DNA from: Chromatiales bacterium USCg_Taylor
GTDB taxonomy: Bacteria > Pseudomonadota > Gammaproteobacteria > JACCXJ01
Direction of reading: 5' to 3'
Length of the DNA: 56,931 bases
Assembly: GCA_002007425.1 (NCBI GenBank)
Contig: MUGK01000012.1
Location: 1 to 56,931 of the forward strand
The notes beneath the pieces were generated by a model, which worked only from the letters and a program-made list of their open reading frames with translations, ran no database searches and had not been told where the DNA came from. The position numbers and the translations under genes were made by a program. Positions 9,851 to 20,526 of the stretch are shown here, piece after piece (position 1 is the first letter of the stretch; the number at the start of each line of letters is the position of its first letter).

Positions 9851-9929
9851 CCTCGCGGATGGGCAAAGCTTATCGCAGCGGCCCGATTCCCGGTTATAAT
9901 AACAAGAGACCTCTGGAGAAAAGGAAGCA

Positions 9930-10253
9930 ATGACGTTCGTAGTTATCGAACCCTGTATAAAGTGCAAGTACACGGACTGCGTGGAGGTGTGCCCTGTCGA
10001 TTGCTTCCATGAAGGCCCCAACATGCTGGTCATCGACCCCGACGAGTGTATCGATTGCACGCTCTGTGAACCGGAGTGCCCGGTGGATGCAATCCTCTCC
10101 GAAGATGATTTGCCTGAACATCAAAGGCATTACCTCGACCTCAACACGGAGTTGGCGAAGGCGTGGCCGGTCATCAACCAGCGCAAACCGGCGCCTCCCG
10201 ACGCCGACGAGTGGCGCGAGGTCAAGGGAAAGTTGGACATGCTGCAGCGCTAG
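9930..10253 (+). CDS. fdxA: 7Fe ferredoxin (FdxA-type, 3Fe-4S + 4Fe-4S)
   Basis: [29 protein letters not shown]...[15 protein letters not shown]; 107 aa; the classic position downstream of mutS. Confidence 0.9.
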   Translation: MTFVVIEPCIKCKYTDCVEVCPVDCFHEGPNMLVIDPDECIDCTLCEPECPVDAILSEDDLPEHQRHYLDLNTELAKAWPVINQRKPAPPDADEWREVKGKLDMLQR

Positions 10254-10444
10254 CGAGCGGCCGTCGATCCGCGGTCGCGCTACCCGTTTGTCACCCAGCA
10301 ACGCGTGCCCGGTTCGGGCCGCGTCTATCACGCGTTCCGCCGGATTTCCTTCATTTATTTTTTGTCCGCGCCGATAACACGGCCGGTTGCTAACTTCCCC
10401 GCCCCGGCGAGGCCGGGGACAGGCACTCTGATCCATCGAAACCC

Positions 10445-10930
10445 ATGATTCCGATGCAAGAAATCCGCTGGCTCGACGCGAATCGCAGATGGCTGGTTGC
10501 CGTCGCCTGTGGTGCATTTTGTCTTCAAGCTCAAGGTTTGTACGGCGGAGAGATCTATAAATGGGTCGATGACGATGGAACCGTACATTACGGGGAGCGG
10601 CCGCACAATAAAGACGCCGTGAAGCTTAACGTAATCGCGAAACCGTCCGTCGGCATACGCGATCAAGAAAGGTTCAAGCGCCAAGAACGGCTGTTAAAGG
10701 TCTTCGAGGAAGAACGTCAGGAGAAGGCCTCCGCGGCGCAAGAGAAGCGCCTGGAGAAAGAGAAACGCAATCAAAATTGCATGCTCGCTCATAGGCAGCT
10801 ATTCAATTACGAACGCGCATCGATGATTTATAAGAAGGACAAAAAAGGGAATCGCGTGGTGTTTGCGCACAACGAGCGCGTCGAGGCCGAACGAGGGGCG
10901 CGCGAAGCAGTGGAACACTGGTGTGATTGA
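10445..10930 (+). CDS. DUF4124 domain-containing protein (exported, Lys/Glu-rich C-terminus)
   Basis: Hydrophobic N-terminus WLVAVACGAFCLQAQG followed by the DUF4124 core IYKWVDDDGTVHYGERP. Which of the start codons is used is uncertain. Confidence 0.7.
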   Translation: MIPMQEIRWLDANRRWLVAVACGAFCLQAQGLYGGEIYKWVDDDGTVHYGERPHNKDAVKLNVIAKPSVGIRDQERFKRQERLLKVFEEERQEKASAAQEKRLEKEKRNQNCMLAHRQLFNYERASMIYKKDKKGNRVVFAHNERVEAERGAREAVEHWCD

Positions 10931-10986
10931 TTTCCGCGCGGACCGACCGATCATGTCGCGACAATTCTTATCCAATTGTGCACACA

Positions 10987-11847
10987 ATGGCGCAATCACT
11001 CTCGCATAAACCGCTGCTTGGCCGTTACCAGTTACAGCGAGAGCTTGGCCGCGGAACGATGGGCGTGGTTTACCTGGGTCTTGATCGGGCAGCCAATCGC
11101 TATGTCGCGGTTAAGACCATTTGTTTAGCGGAAATCTTGGAAGAAGCGCAACTCGATGAGATAAAATCGCGCCTGTTCCAGGAAGCCGAGACCATCGGGC
11201 GTCTACATCACCCGAACATCGTGGCGGTGTATGAAGCGGGGGATGAGCACGATTTGGCGTATATCGGGATGGAGTACCTCGAGGGAACCACGCTTGCACC
11301 CTACATCAAAAAGAATGATTTGCTGCCGGCAAGGAAAACGCTATTTTTAGTCGCCACCCTGGCGCGCGCCCTCGATTATGCGCATCGCCAGCAGGTCGCT
11401 CACCGGGATATTAAGCCCGGCAACGTGATGTATGCGGCGTCGAAGAATACGGTCAAGATCACCGATTTCGGCATCGCGAGCGTCATCGACGCGCATGGCG
11501 GAACGGCGGGACTGGCTGGCGGCACCCCTTTTTACATGTCCCCCGAACAAGTCCTCCAGGATCCGATCGATGGCCGCTCCGACCTGTTCTCCTTAGCGGT
11601 GATGCTCTACCAACTTACCACCGGTTCCCTGCCGTTTACCGCGGGAACGATGGATGCCCTGATGCACAAGATCGTGCACGCTGCGCCGATCAGTCTCTTC
11701 GACGTTTGTCCGGACTTGGCCCGCACCGCACCGTATCTAGGGCGAATCATCGACAAGGCGTTAAAAAAATCGCCCTCCGAAAGGTACCAACGCGGCGCTG
11801 AGATGGCACGTGACCTGCTTGCAGGGCTAAACCAGACCCGTTTATAA
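10987..11847 (+). CDS. Hanks-type Ser/Thr protein kinase (kinase domain only)
   Basis: GRGTMGVVYLG, VAVK, HRDIKPGNVM, DFG, TPFYMSPEQ and DLFSLAVMLYQL are all present. ATG 10987 gives MAQSLSHKPLLGRYQLQRELG. The track ORF starts at 10927. Confidence 0.9.
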   Translation: MAQSLSHKPLLGRYQLQRELGRGTMGVVYLGLDRAANRYVAVKTICLAEILEEAQLDEIKSRLFQEAETIGRLHHPNIVAVYEAGDEHDLAYIGMEYLEGTTLAPYIKKNDLLPARKTLFLVATLARALDYAHRQQVAHRDIKPGNVMYAASKNTVKITDFGIASVIDAHGGTAGLAGGTPFYMSPEQVLQDPIDGRSDLFSLAVMLYQLTTGSLPFTAGTMDALMHKIVHAAPISLFDVCPDLARTAPYLGRIIDKALKKSPSERYQRGAEMARDLLAGLNQTRL

Positions 11848-11857
11848 GCGAGGCGTC

Positions 11858-12676
11858 ATGTTTCAATCCGGGGCTCTTGAAATCATAAATCTTTCGGACA
11901 GGGGCCGCAGACGCCCGAATAACGAGGATAGTACCGCGAGCGACGCGCATCTGGGTTTAGCGGTGGTGGCGGATGGCATGGGGGGATATCGATCCGGGGA
12001 GGTGGCGAGCGCAATTGCGGTCTCTTCGGTGATGAGCCATGTGCGCAAAGCGTTAGACTCGGCGCGGCTTTCTGGGCGACGTCGCGGCGCGACGGTACAA
12101 TCTTCCATCGTGGACCAAGCGATCACGCACGCCAATTCGATGATCTACCGAACCGGACAAACCGAAGCACAATGCCAAGGCATGGGAACCACGGTGATCG
12201 CCTGTTTATTTCAAGGAAACAACGTTACCGTCGGGCATGTCGGTGATTCCAGGCTTTATCGTCTTCGGGGCGGTTCGTTCGAGCAGATTACCACCGACCA
12301 TTCGGTCGTCCAGGAACTGATCGATCAGGCGGGCATGACGCCGCAGCAGGCCGCGGCAGCGGCTCCAAAAAACCTGGTCACCCGAGCACTTGGGATCGAC
12401 GAGGCTGTCCAGGTCGATATCTACGAGGAAAGTTTATATCCCGGGGACACCTACGTCTTGTGTACCGACGGCCTGCACGATATGGTCAATAATGAAGAAA
12501 TTCACTTAACCCTGCGAGAATATAATGCTAATCTTGTGGCAGCGGGGGAGCGATTAATCGCTCTAGCCAATGAGCGCGGGGGTCATGATAATATCTCTCT
12601 CGTCATCGCTAGGCTGCGTGCGTATCGGAGAGCGATTTTTGTGTGGCCCCGTAAATTACAACGATGGCTTAGTTAA
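11858..12676 (+). CDS. PP2C-family Ser/Thr protein phosphatase
   Basis: SDRGRRRPNNEDS, VADGMGGYRSGEVAS, LCTDGL, GGHDNISLVIA. Starts 11 nt after the kinase stop. Confidence 0.9.
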   Translation: MFQSGALEIINLSDRGRRRPNNEDSTASDAHLGLAVVADGMGGYRSGEVASAIAVSSVMSHVRKALDSARLSGRRRGATVQSSIVDQAITHANSMIYRTGQTEAQCQGMGTTVIACLFQGNNVTVGHVGDSRLYRLRGGSFEQITTDHSVVQELIDQAGMTPQQAAAAAPKNLVTRALGIDEAVQVDIYEESLYPGDTYVLCTDGLHDMVNNEEIHLTLREYNANLVAAGERLIALANERGGHDNISLVIARLRAYRRAIFVWPRKLQRWLS

Positions 12677-12693
12677 TCGTATAGAGCGTCCTT

Positions 12694-13410
12694 ATGTCAA
12701 AACTCGTCCTTAGTCTAAACGGCGTGGTACAAGGAGACTATCCGCTTACCAAAGAACGCATGACGATTGGCCGCAAAGCGGAAAACGATATTGCGGTCGA
12801 CAATCTTGCGGTGAGCGGTAAACATGCCCTGATTATCACAATCTTGGACGACTCCTTTCTTGAAGATCTCGGGAGCACGAACGGGACATTCGTCAACGGC
12901 AAGGTCATAAAGAAACACGCCCTACGGAACGGCGATGTCATCAGCATCGGCAAACACGAGATCCGGTACGTCAACGAGCACGCCACCGCCGATGACGACG
13001 AGTTCGAAAAAACCATAATCATGCGCCCCGGAACGGCCTCAGCGGCCGCGGCGCTCGCGAAGGCCATTGGCCAGACGTCAATCGGGCCAAGCTTTGGTGC
13101 AGCGGCTTCGCCGAGCTTGCAGCGCACGGGCTCGCCACTGGGGCGGTTAAGCATTTTAAACGGGCCCGTTGCCGGCAAGCAGCTCGAGCTGATCAAGGCC
13201 TCAATTACCTTGGGTAAGCCCGGCGTGCAGGTTGCCGTGATATCACGGCGGCCACAAGGCTATTTCATTACGCATATCGAGGGCGGGACCGCCGAACAAC
13301 CGATCTATCCGGTTATCAACGGGCAACCGATCGGGGCGCGGAGTCATCAGCTCAGAGATCGTGATGTTATCGAATTGGCGGGCATAAGAATGGAGTTTCT
13401 CGCGGCCTAA
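12694..13410 (+). CDS. FHA domain protein (N-terminal FHA plus second FHA-like C-terminal domain)
   Basis: The N-terminal domain is MTIGRKAENDIAVDNLAVSGKHALI...GSTNGTFVNGKVI...GDVISIG. An Ala/Ser-rich linker follows. The C-terminal domain is ITLGKPGVQVAVIS...INGQPIGARSHQLRDRDVIELAGIRMEF. Confidence 0.85.
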   Translation: MSKLVLSLNGVVQGDYPLTKERMTIGRKAENDIAVDNLAVSGKHALIITILDDSFLEDLGSTNGTFVNGKVIKKHALRNGDVISIGKHEIRYVNEHATADDDEFEKTIIMRPGTASAAAALAKAIGQTSIGPSFGAAASPSLQRTGSPLGRLSILNGPVAGKQLELIKASITLGKPGVQVAVISRRPQGYFITHIEGGTAEQPIYPVINGQPIGARSHQLRDRDVIELAGIRMEFLAA

Positions 13411-13455
13411 GCCATCTCATCGGCCGTCGGATGCTCGATACGGCAAGCGGGCGAG

Positions 13456-13884
13456 TTACAGCTGCCGGTTTTTTAAGCACTCCAGATAGCGCCGCTCATC
13501 GGGAAGGGTGTGAGTGCGTTGCGCTTGCCATAAGGCCTCGCCCAGGCAATCCATCATTTCGTGTTGGGCATCGTGATAGTTGGGGCAACGCCTTCGCAGC
13601 TCGGAATAGATACGTGCGATACCGGCAGGCCGATCCGTCAGCAACTGCTCCTCAATCGCCACGTGCATAGCCATATGCAGGAAAGGATTGGTCTCGCCGC
13701 CCTCGGGGGTATAGCGCCTCGCTAGAGCCTGCTCTCGATCCCCTAGTAATGCGTGGTATTCGGGGTGAGCGAGGATCACCTTTAAAATCAGGTTCTCGAT
13801 CGGCTGTAGGGCATCGCCCGCCGGGTGTTTACTCCATACATCGATAAAATACTTCCTTGCCGACGGTTGATCTTGCACCAGCAC
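13456..13884 (-). CDS. DUF1841 family protein
   Basis: Family-typical blocks HPEYHALL, TNPFLHMAMHVAIEEQL..DRPAGI and HEMMDCLGEALWQAQR. A GTG start at 13884, directly after the nth stop, avoids the 34-nt overlap implied by the track start at 13920. Confidence 0.7.
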   Translation of the reverse strand: MLVQDQPSARKYFIDVWSKHPAGDALQPIENLILKVILAHPEYHALLGDREQALARRYTPEGGETNPFLHMAMHVAIEEQLLTDRPAGIARIYSELRRRCPNYHDAQHEMMDCLGEALWQAQRTHTLPDERRYLECLKNRQL

Positions 13885-13886
13885 AG

Positions 13887-14531
13887 CTAAACGCGACCTA
13901 TCTCGGCCTTCCCTTTCCACTCGCAGAGATCACGGATGATACATTCGCCGCAGCGCGGTTTTCGCGCCTGACAGACGTAGCGCCCATGCAAGATTAACCA
14001 GTGATGCGCGTCTTGCCTAAATCGCTTCGGTACCGCGGCCATGAGCGCCCGTTCTACTACGGCGGGAGTTTTACCCGGGGCGAGTCCCGTGCGGTTCGCG
14101 ACTCTAAAAATATGCGTATCCACCGCGATCGTGGGTTCTCCGAAGGCAGTATTCAAAATTACATTGGCCGTCTTGCGCCCAACGCCGGGCAGTTGTTCTA
14201 ACGCCCCTCGATCATGAGGCACCTGTCCGCCGTGCTTATCGCAAAGAATCTCGCAGGTATTGATGATATTTTTAGCCTTACCATTATAAAGCCCAATGGT
14301 TTTGATGTACGATTTCAGACCCTCCTCCCCGAGACCTGGGATGGCCGCGGGTTTATTCGCGACCTGGAACAGTCGCCGCGTCACTTTGTTGACGCTAACA
14401 TCGGTCGCCTGAGCCGAAAGGATCACCGCCACCAGCAACTCGAATGGCGTTCGATACTCCAGCTCGGTGGCCGGATGAGGTCTCTGCGCTTGGAGCCGAT
14501 CGAAGACCTGGGCACGCTGGTAGCGGTTCAA
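13887..14531 (-). CDS. nth: endonuclease III
   Basis: HhH motif LPGVGRKTANVILN, catalytic-region AVDTHIFRV, Fe-S cluster CQARKPRCGECIIRDLC. Confidence 0.95.
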   Translation of the reverse strand: MNRYQRAQVFDRLQAQRPHPATELEYRTPFELLVAVILSAQATDVSVNKVTRRLFQVANKPAAIPGLGEEGLKSYIKTIGLYNGKAKNIINTCEILCDKHGGQVPHDRGALEQLPGVGRKTANVILNTAFGEPTIAVDTHIFRVANRTGLAPGKTPAVVERALMAAVPKRFRQDAHHWLILHGRYVCQARKPRCGECIIRDLCEWKGKAEIGRV

Positions 14532-14559
14532 TGAGAGATCAGTCCGTAATGCTGCGAAT

Positions 14560-15756
14560 ATGACAGTCGCGGATCACATCATGCCCGCAAAACCCTTGGT
14601 GTTAAAGAAGGGCGAAGATCGGCGCCTGCGCGCCGGTCATCTCTGGGTCTACAGCAATGAGGTGGATACGCATGCGACGCCTTTGCACGCGCTTACCTCC
14701 GGCGACAGCGTCACGGTGTTCACCAGCGGCGGCAAAGCCATGGGGACGGGGTACGTGAATCCGCATTCGCTGATCTGCGCGCGCCTGTTGGATCGCGACC
14801 GCCCTTGGTCAACGGCGCTGTGCAGCGAGCGCCTGAAGCGCGCGCTGGCCTTGCGCGAGCGCCTGTTCGACGAACCCTATTATCGCGTCGTGTACGCGGA
14901 CAGTGACGGTCTCCCTGGGCTCGTGGTCGATCGCTACGGTGATCTCTTGGTGGCGCAATTCAACACGGCCGGGATGGAAAGGCGCCTAAGTGACGTCATC
15001 GATGCGTTGCGGGAGGTCCTGGACCCGAAGGCGATCCTGTTGCGCAATGATTCCCCGAGCCGCCTCCTCGAAGGTCTCGACTTGTACGTCGAAGCGGCGT
15101 TCGGTCAGGTGCCCGAGGAGATTTGCCTCACCGAGCATGGCGTCCGGTTCTATGTCCCCGTGCTAAGCGCGCAGAAAACCGGTTGGTATTACGATCAGCG
15201 CGCTAACCGCGCGCGAATGCTGCGCTATGTCAAAGGCGTGCGCGTCCTCGATGTGTTTAGCTACTTAGGGGCATGGGGCGTCCAGGCGGCATCCGCCGGC
15301 GCTCTTTCCGTGCAATCCATCGAAGCTTCAGTCGATGCGCTGCGCTATATCGAACGCAATGCGCGGGCAAATGACGTGCGGGTTGCGGCTGTCAATGGCG
15401 AAGCCTTCGCGACGCTCAAGGCCTTGCAGTCCGCCGCGGAAAGCTATGATGTGGTGATTTTGGATCCGCCGGCCTTTATTAAAAAGAAAAAAGATTTTGC
15501 CGAAGGGCTTTTGGCTTACCGGCGCCTCAACCAGTCGGCGCTCGGGCTCGTTCGGCACGGCGGGATCTTGATGACCGCCTCCTGCTCCTATCACCTCACG
15601 CACGAGGGCTTCGTGGATGTGTTGCGGCGAGCGTCGCTACGTGCCGGGCGGGAGATACAACTGTTGGAGCAAGGGCACCAATCGCCGGATCATCCCATTC
15701 ACCCCGCGATCCCCGAGACCAATTATCTCAAGGCGGCGATTTGCAGGGTGCTCTGA
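14560..15756 (+). CDS. rlmI: 23S rRNA (cytosine-C5) methyltransferase, RlmI-like (PUA + class I SAM MTase)
   Basis: The N-terminus [21 protein letters not shown] resembles RlmI (YccW). Also has [18 protein letters not shown] and the domain order typical of RlmI. 398 aa. Confidence 0.8.
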   Translation: MTVADHIMPAKPLVLKKGEDRRLRAGHLWVYSNEVDTHATPLHALTSGDSVTVFTSGGKAMGTGYVNPHSLICARLLDRDRPWSTALCSERLKRALALRERLFDEPYYRVVYADSDGLPGLVVDRYGDLLVAQFNTAGMERRLSDVIDALREVLDPKAILLRNDSPSRLLEGLDLYVEAAFGQVPEEICLTEHGVRFYVPVLSAQKTGWYYDQRANRARMLRYVKGVRVLDVFSYLGAWGVQAASAGALSVQSIEASVDALRYIERNARANDVRVAAVNGEAFATLKALQSAAESYDVVILDPPAFIKKKKDFAEGLLAYRRLNQSALGLVRHGGILMTASCSYHLTHEGFVDVLRRASLRAGREIQLLEQGHQSPDHPIHPAIPETNYLKAAICRVL

Positions 15757-15772
15757 GAGCGTCATCTTATCA

Positions 15773-16411
15773 GTGACTGACTTGACAACGGCGCGCCACG
15801 CCCCCGAGGAGATCGCCGGAAAGATCAATGCTCTGCTACCGCAGACACAGTGCCGTCGATGCGGGTATGCGGGATGCCTTCCTTATGCCGAGGCCATTGC
15901 CCGCGGCGAGGCCGGCATCAATCAGTGTCCACCGGGTGGCAGCCACACGATCGAACGGCTCGCCGGCCTGCTAGGGCGCCGACCCCTACCCCTCGATCCT
16001 CGCTACGGCGCCGAGCAACCGTCCCGTACCGCCCGTGTCATCGAGGAGCTTTGTATCGGCTGTACGAAGTGTATACAAGCTTGCCCGGTGGATGCCATCC
16101 TCGGGGCGGCAAAGCACATGCACACCGTGCTTCAGGATCTCTGTACGGGCTGCGAATTATGCCTACCGCCCTGCCCCATGGATTGCATCGAAATGATCCC
16201 CGCCGGCCTCAATTGGGATCAAACACACGCGGACGCCGCCCGCACACGCTTCGAGGCGCGCAACGGGCGGCTCGCAAATCCTACCGAGAATGCGCCCGCG
16301 GCCGAAGCCGATCCCACGGTGCGGCTGGCCGAGATCGAGCGTGATCCGCTTCGCCGCAAGGCCGAGATCGCCGCGGTGATCGCCAGGACACGCAAGCACC
16401 GAACCCTGTAA
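15773..16411 (+). CDS. RnfB/RsxB-like Fe-S ferredoxin (stand-alone)
   Basis: [39 protein letters not shown] (RnfB N-terminal cluster) plus two 4Fe-4S motifs, [12 protein letters not shown] and [12 protein letters not shown]. There is no in-frame ATG after the rlmI stop. GTG 15773 (or TTG 15782) is assumed as the start. Confidence 0.7.
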   Translation: MTDLTTARHAPEEIAGKINALLPQTQCRRCGYAGCLPYAEAIARGEAGINQCPPGGSHTIERLAGLLGRRPLPLDPRYGAEQPSRTARVIEELCIGCTKCIQACPVDAILGAAKHMHTVLQDLCTGCELCLPPCPMDCIEMIPAGLNWDQTHADAARTRFEARNGRLANPTENAPAAEADPTVRLAEIERDPLRRKAEIAAVIARTRKHRTL

Positions 16412-16469
16412 TTCGTGTTATGCGTCCCGCCAGCGCGTTAGCGGAACGCAGTTCGGCCCTAAGGCCCGC

Positions 16470-17054
16470 TTAGCGCTCCGGTATCGTCTGCGGTGAGGGG
16501 GTCATACGCGATGAGCCCGCTCCCGTACGTTCGAGCGTCGGGTCGAAGCGGTCGGTCACATTGGTGACGATGAATAATAACACCAATGCGATGCCTACCC
16601 CGGCGGCGAGATTCGTCCCCAGCGACGCCCGAAACAAGTGGCCGGTGATCACGACGTTAACCAGAACGAGCGGAAAGATCACGACGTTTCTAAAACCCTG
16701 CACCATCGGGACATCCGGTATCATACTGATTAGCCCTAGCGATAAAATGATGGCCCACCCGAATCCCGAGGCGATGCTGGTAAAGGCTGTCAGCATTTGG
16801 GGGGCCCGGAACGTCACGCCGCGAACCGCGAGCAACAATACGATGATCCCCACCGTAATTGCGGTATCGGCTAATCCCATGATCGCTGCGGATCCGATCG
16901 GCACTTTGTAGATATAGACGCCGAAACGCGTAAGCGTGTAGACAACGACGCTCGTGATCAGCAACGCATACGAGGTTGGAAGGTGCTGAGGACCTTTCTC
17001 AAGCCGAGTGATCCCAGCCAGCGTATCGACGAAAGTTTTTGCTGCATACAACAT
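16470..17054 (-). CDS. hypothetical integral membrane protein
   Basis: About five hydrophobic spans (e.g. LLITSVVVYTL, ITVGIIVLLLAV, GFGWAIILSLGLI, VIFPLVLVNVVI, GIALVLLFIV). No motif recognised. Confidence 0.5.
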   Translation of the reverse strand: MLYAAKTFVDTLAGITRLEKGPQHLPTSYALLITSVVVYTLTRFGVYIYKVPIGSAAIMGLADTAITVGIIVLLLAVRGVTFRAPQMLTAFTSIASGFGWAIILSLGLISMIPDVPMVQGFRNVVIFPLVLVNVVITGHLFRASLGTNLAAGVGIALVLLFIVTNVTDRFDPTLERTGAGSSRMTPSPQTIPER

Positions 17055-17200
17055 ATCAAGTCCTCACATCAAGCCGGGCACTAAAAACGCCGCGGCGAAT
17101 CAGATTGTAATCGCGTCCTCCGCGCTTTGGCGTGCGCCGCAGGAAGGCGCGCGTTGCGCCCTGTAGTCTATGTCAAAAATCTTGGTTTAGAAATGCTGAT

Positions 17201-18109
17201 CTAGTATATGCGCGTCACGCGATACCCGGCCCGCTCCAGCAACGCCGGCACTCCTTTGTCCCCGACGAGGTGTAATGCGCCGAGCGCCACAAAGGTATTC
17301 CCCTCCTTTAGCCACGGCTGCATGCGTGCGGCCATGCGGCGATTGCGTTTCCAAAGCAGACTGTCCAGGAAGCGTTCGTAGTAGTGCGCCGATCTGGTTT
17401 CATACTTACCGGCAAGCGCCATCAATCCCCCGAGATCGCGCTTTAGATACAGCGCGGTCAGCGGCTCGAGGTCTTGCTGCAGCAACTCATAGTGGCAAAT
17501 GGCATCCTTAAGCAAGGCGATTTGGTCTTCGATGCGCAGATCACCCAATGCCCCTGCCTGTTCCGCAAGCGACTCCAGTCCCGAAATCGCCATCCCATGC
17601 GTCTTGGCTCGTTGCATTAACGCGAGATCGAGCGGTAGCAGGCTGGAAGGCGGAGGTACGCTGAGGGTCATATACGCGGCCCAAGGCTTGATGCGATGCG
17701 CGATTTGCGCGGTAATACCGTAGCGGGCAAGAAGCGGTTCCGCCGCGCTTGCGAGCTCCGCGCCCACCTGCTCCTTGAATGAGGTAGCATCGTCATAAAA
17801 CATCAGTTTCGAGAATTCGGCGATGCCGGCCTCATCTAGCACGGCCTCCATGACAAAGCGGCGGCTTTGCTCGAAGCTGGCCGAAACCACTCGGGGTAAA
17901 TCGAGCACGCGCCGATCGCCGAGATGGATCGTCCCGAAGATATGACTCGGTGGAACACCCGCTTTTGAGATCCGAAATAAAAGCCCCTGCGAATACTTGC
18001 CGGCTGCAAATGCGGCAGGCGTCGCGGCGGGCACGAGCGGGGTGCATTCGAGCGCCCGGCACGGCCCCGCGAGGCTCCAGAGCAGCGCGACGGCCAGCAG
18101 CCGTTTCAT
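17201..18109 (-). CDS. TraB/GumN family protein (exported)
   Basis: ATG 18109 gives the signal-like MKRLLAVALLWSLAGPCRA. Family blocks are FGTIHLGD and ALGALHLVGDKGVPALLERAGYRVTRIY. The track start at 18226 would overlap nagZ. Confidence 0.75.
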   Translation of the reverse strand: MKRLLAVALLWSLAGPCRALECTPLVPAATPAAFAAGKYSQGLLFRISKAGVPPSHIFGTIHLGDRRVLDLPRVVSASFEQSRRFVMEAVLDEAGIAEFSKLMFYDDATSFKEQVGAELASAAEPLLARYGITAQIAHRIKPWAAYMTLSVPPPSSLLPLDLALMQRAKTHGMAISGLESLAEQAGALGDLRIEDQIALLKDAICHYELLQQDLEPLTALYLKRDLGGLMALAGKYETRSAHYYERFLDSLLWKRNRRMAARMQPWLKEGNTFVALGALHLVGDKGVPALLERAGYRVTRIY

Positions 18110-18116
18110 CGATACA

Positions 18117-19148
18117 TCACGCCGCTGTCTCTCGGTTCGCCAAGGCGGCGACCGTCGCCCTGGCGACGCCCCGGCGCTCTTCCAGCGCGCGCTCGCTCCC
18201 CACCGTCCGGCCGCGCATGCGCGCAAGCCGCGCCTCCCTTAAAGGATCACGCAAGGCGCTCAATGCGTCCAGCACCCCGGCCAGCGCCGCTGGCCGATTG
18301 CACATGAGCACCATATCGCACCCGGCCGCGAGTGCGCGCTGCGCGCGTTCGCTGTGAGCACCGGCCCCACGGGCGCCCGCCATATCGATGTCATCGCTGA
18401 AGATGGCGCCCTCAAATCCGAGATCCTTCCGCAACACCTGCCGGAGCCATACCTCCGAGAAACCGGCGGGCGCCGTGTCCACTTCGGGGTAAATGACATG
18501 CGCCGGCATGACGGCGTCTATGCCCGCGCGAACCAAACCCGCAAACGGCGCTAGATCCGCGTTAGTTATGGCCTCAAAGCTCCGGCCATCCACGGGGATC
18601 TCGCAATGGGAATCCGCCGCGACCGATCCGTGACCGGGAAAGTGTTTGCCGACACCCGCCATACCCGCCTCGTGCATTCCATCGAGATAGGCCTGAGCGA
18701 GCCGGGTGACCGTCCGCGGGTTAGAGTGGAACGCCCGGTCTCCGATCACTTGACTCACCCCGCTCCCGAGATCGAGCACGGGCGCAAAGCTGAAATCGAC
18801 ACCCAGCGTTCGCAGCTCGATCGCCATGAGCCAACCATATTCCCGAGCCATAGCCCGGGCGCGTTGCGGATCCTTGGCGTCGAGCCGGCCCAATGCCGCA
18901 CAGGGGGGCAACGCGGTAAAACCAGGACGGAAACGTTGCACCCGCCCCCCTTCGTGGTCCACGGCCACGAGCAAGGGTGGATCGCGCACGGCATGAACCG
19001 CCGCGACCAGGCGAGCGAGCTGCTCGCGGCTGGCGTAATTGCGCGTGAAAAGGATAACGCCCCCCGCGGCCGGGTGGGCCAGCAGATCCCGTTCGCCGGG
19101 CATCAGCTCGGGTCCCTGGAGGTCGAACATGAGAGGACCTAATGGCAC
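18117..19148 (-). CDS. nagZ: beta-N-acetylhexosaminidase (peptidoglycan recycling)
   Basis: [50 protein letters not shown]. Confidence 0.9.
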   Translation of the reverse strand: MPLGPLMFDLQGPELMPGERDLLAHPAAGGVILFTRNYASREQLARLVAAVHAVRDPPLLVAVDHEGGRVQRFRPGFTALPPCAALGRLDAKDPQRARAMAREYGWLMAIELRTLGVDFSFAPVLDLGSGVSQVIGDRAFHSNPRTVTRLAQAYLDGMHEAGMAGVGKHFPGHGSVAADSHCEIPVDGRSFEAITNADLAPFAGLVRAGIDAVMPAHVIYPEVDTAPAGFSEVWLRQVLRKDLGFEGAIFSDDIDMAGARGAGAHSERAQRALAAGCDMVLMCNRPAALAGVLDALSALRDPLREARLARMRGRTVGSERALEERRGVARATVAALANRETAA

Positions 19149-19286
19149 CTGGATTTAGCTTGCATTAACCTGGCAATCAAATGCTTCCTCGCTCCGCGAG
19201 GAAGAAACCTCCGCGCGCGAAAGGCCTTCGGGACACCGGGCACAACATAGGATATCCTATTTTCGCACGCAGCCGAGCGCCTGAAC

Positions 19287-19772
19287 ATGCATATCGAGAT
19301 CAGACTGCGGCAACAAGAACTTTGGTTACTGTCGGAGCGCGACATCGTTCGCGGCTATTCCGTCTCGACCGCCAAGAACGGCCCCGGGGAAATGGAAAAC
19401 AGCGAATGCACACCGCGCGGTTGGCATGCGATTTGGGCAAAGATCGGCGCGGGTTGCGCGAGCGGCACGGTGTTCGTTGCCCGCCAACCGGACGGCAGGG
19501 TCTATGTTCCCGAGTTTCGCACCCTCTTTCCGGGAAAGGATTGGATCCTCACCCGCATCCTGTGGTTGACCGGTTTACAGCCGGCCTTTAACCAGGGCGG
19601 CTCGGTCGACACCAAGAATCGCTTCATATACATCCATGGCGCCCCCGATGACGTCGCGATGGGCACACCGGGGTCGCGCGGTTGCATCCGTATGCCTAAC
19701 GCCGACGTTATCGATCTCTTCGACCGAGTCGAGGCCGGTACCCGCGTCCTGATCCGGGATGATGCGCTCTAG
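19287..19772 (+). CDS. L,D-transpeptidase (YkuD) domain protein
   Basis: IYIHGAPDDVAMGTPGSRGCIRMPNADVIDLF carries the H...GC(I/V)R catalytic motif. No obvious signal peptide. Confidence 0.8.
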   Translation: MHIEIRLRQQELWLLSERDIVRGYSVSTAKNGPGEMENSECTPRGWHAIWAKIGAGCASGTVFVARQPDGRVYVPEFRTLFPGKDWILTRILWLTGLQPAFNQGGSVDTKNRFIYIHGAPDDVAMGTPGSRGCIRMPNADVIDLFDRVEAGTRVLIRDDAL

Positions 19773-20526
19773 AGCCGGCACGGAGCGGCGCGCGCGCCCG
19801 GCACGGGTCCACGCGCTTAAGCGCCGCGTTGCCCGTACGCTCAGCAAGCTTGCGAACGATTTGTTCTATCGGGTGTACCGCCCCGAGTGGCGCGCATTTG
19901 ACGAACTGGTCACAAAGCATTCCGCTGACAGCAGCAGCAGCTTCTTCTTCGTGCAGATCGGCGCCAATGACGGCGTGACCCACGACTTCTTGCACCGTTA
20001 CATTCAGAAGTATCGATGGCGCGGGATCCTCGTCGAGCCTGTCCCGGCCTACTGCGATCTCTTGCGCGCCCATTACCAAGGTGTTCCCGCCGTCGTCATC
20101 GAGCAGTCGGCGATCTCGATCTCCGAGGGCACCCGAACTCTTTACCGCATCGATGATGCCGCCGCCGAGCTTCCGGCCTGGTCCAAGGGTCTCGCCTCGC
20201 TGCACCTGGACGTCATCAAGAAACACCGCTGGCTGATTCCGGATCTGGAAGACGCGATCGTCGCCGAGCCGGTGTGCTGTATCACGCTTGCAACCTTAAT
20301 CCGAAAGCATCAGGTCGAGAAAATCGATCTCTTGTCCGTCGATACGGAAGGCCATGACTTCGAGGTTATCAAGCAGATCGACTTTGCACGCTTTATACCG
20401 CGGATGATCATCTACGAGCATAAACACCTGCGGCGCGAGACGAGACGGCACTGCGAGAACCTGCTGACGGCCCAAGGCTATCAGCTTACGAAGCACCTGA
20501 GTAATACCTTGGCGTATCTGCCTTGA
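19759..20526 (+). CDS. FkbM-family methyltransferase
   Basis: FVQIGANDGVTHD, GILVEP and DLLSVDTEGHDFEVIK are typical FkbM blocks. Its 3' end overlaps the convergent waaA by ~40 nt. Confidence 0.7.
   Translation: MMRSRAGTERRARPARVHALKRRVARTLSKLANDLFYRVYRPEWRAFDELVTKHSADSSSSFFFVQIGANDGVTHDFLHRYIQKYRWRGILVEPVPAYCDLLRAHYQGVPAVVIEQSAISISEGTRTLYRIDDAAAELPAWSKGLASLHLDVIKKHRWLIPDLEDAIVAEPVCCITLATLIRKHQVEKIDLLSVDTEGHDFEVIKQIDFARFIPRMIIYEHKHLRRETRRHCENLLTAQGYQLTKHLSNTLAYLP

Noticed and set aside
10254-10444. GC-rich hairpin CCCCGGC-GAG-GCCGGGG (10402-10418) and a T-run at ~10355, considered as an fdxA terminator or a small RNA.
   Set aside because: The hairpin has no adjacent U-tract and the T-run is not preceded by a stable stem. 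No conserved structure is recognisable.
15617-15772. Upstream extension of the RnfB-like ORF overlapping the 3' end of rlmI.
   Set aside because: The homology to RnfB starts only at ~15800. The extension is simply an open frame over rlmI, and a GTG or TTG start just after the rlmI stop is more plausible.
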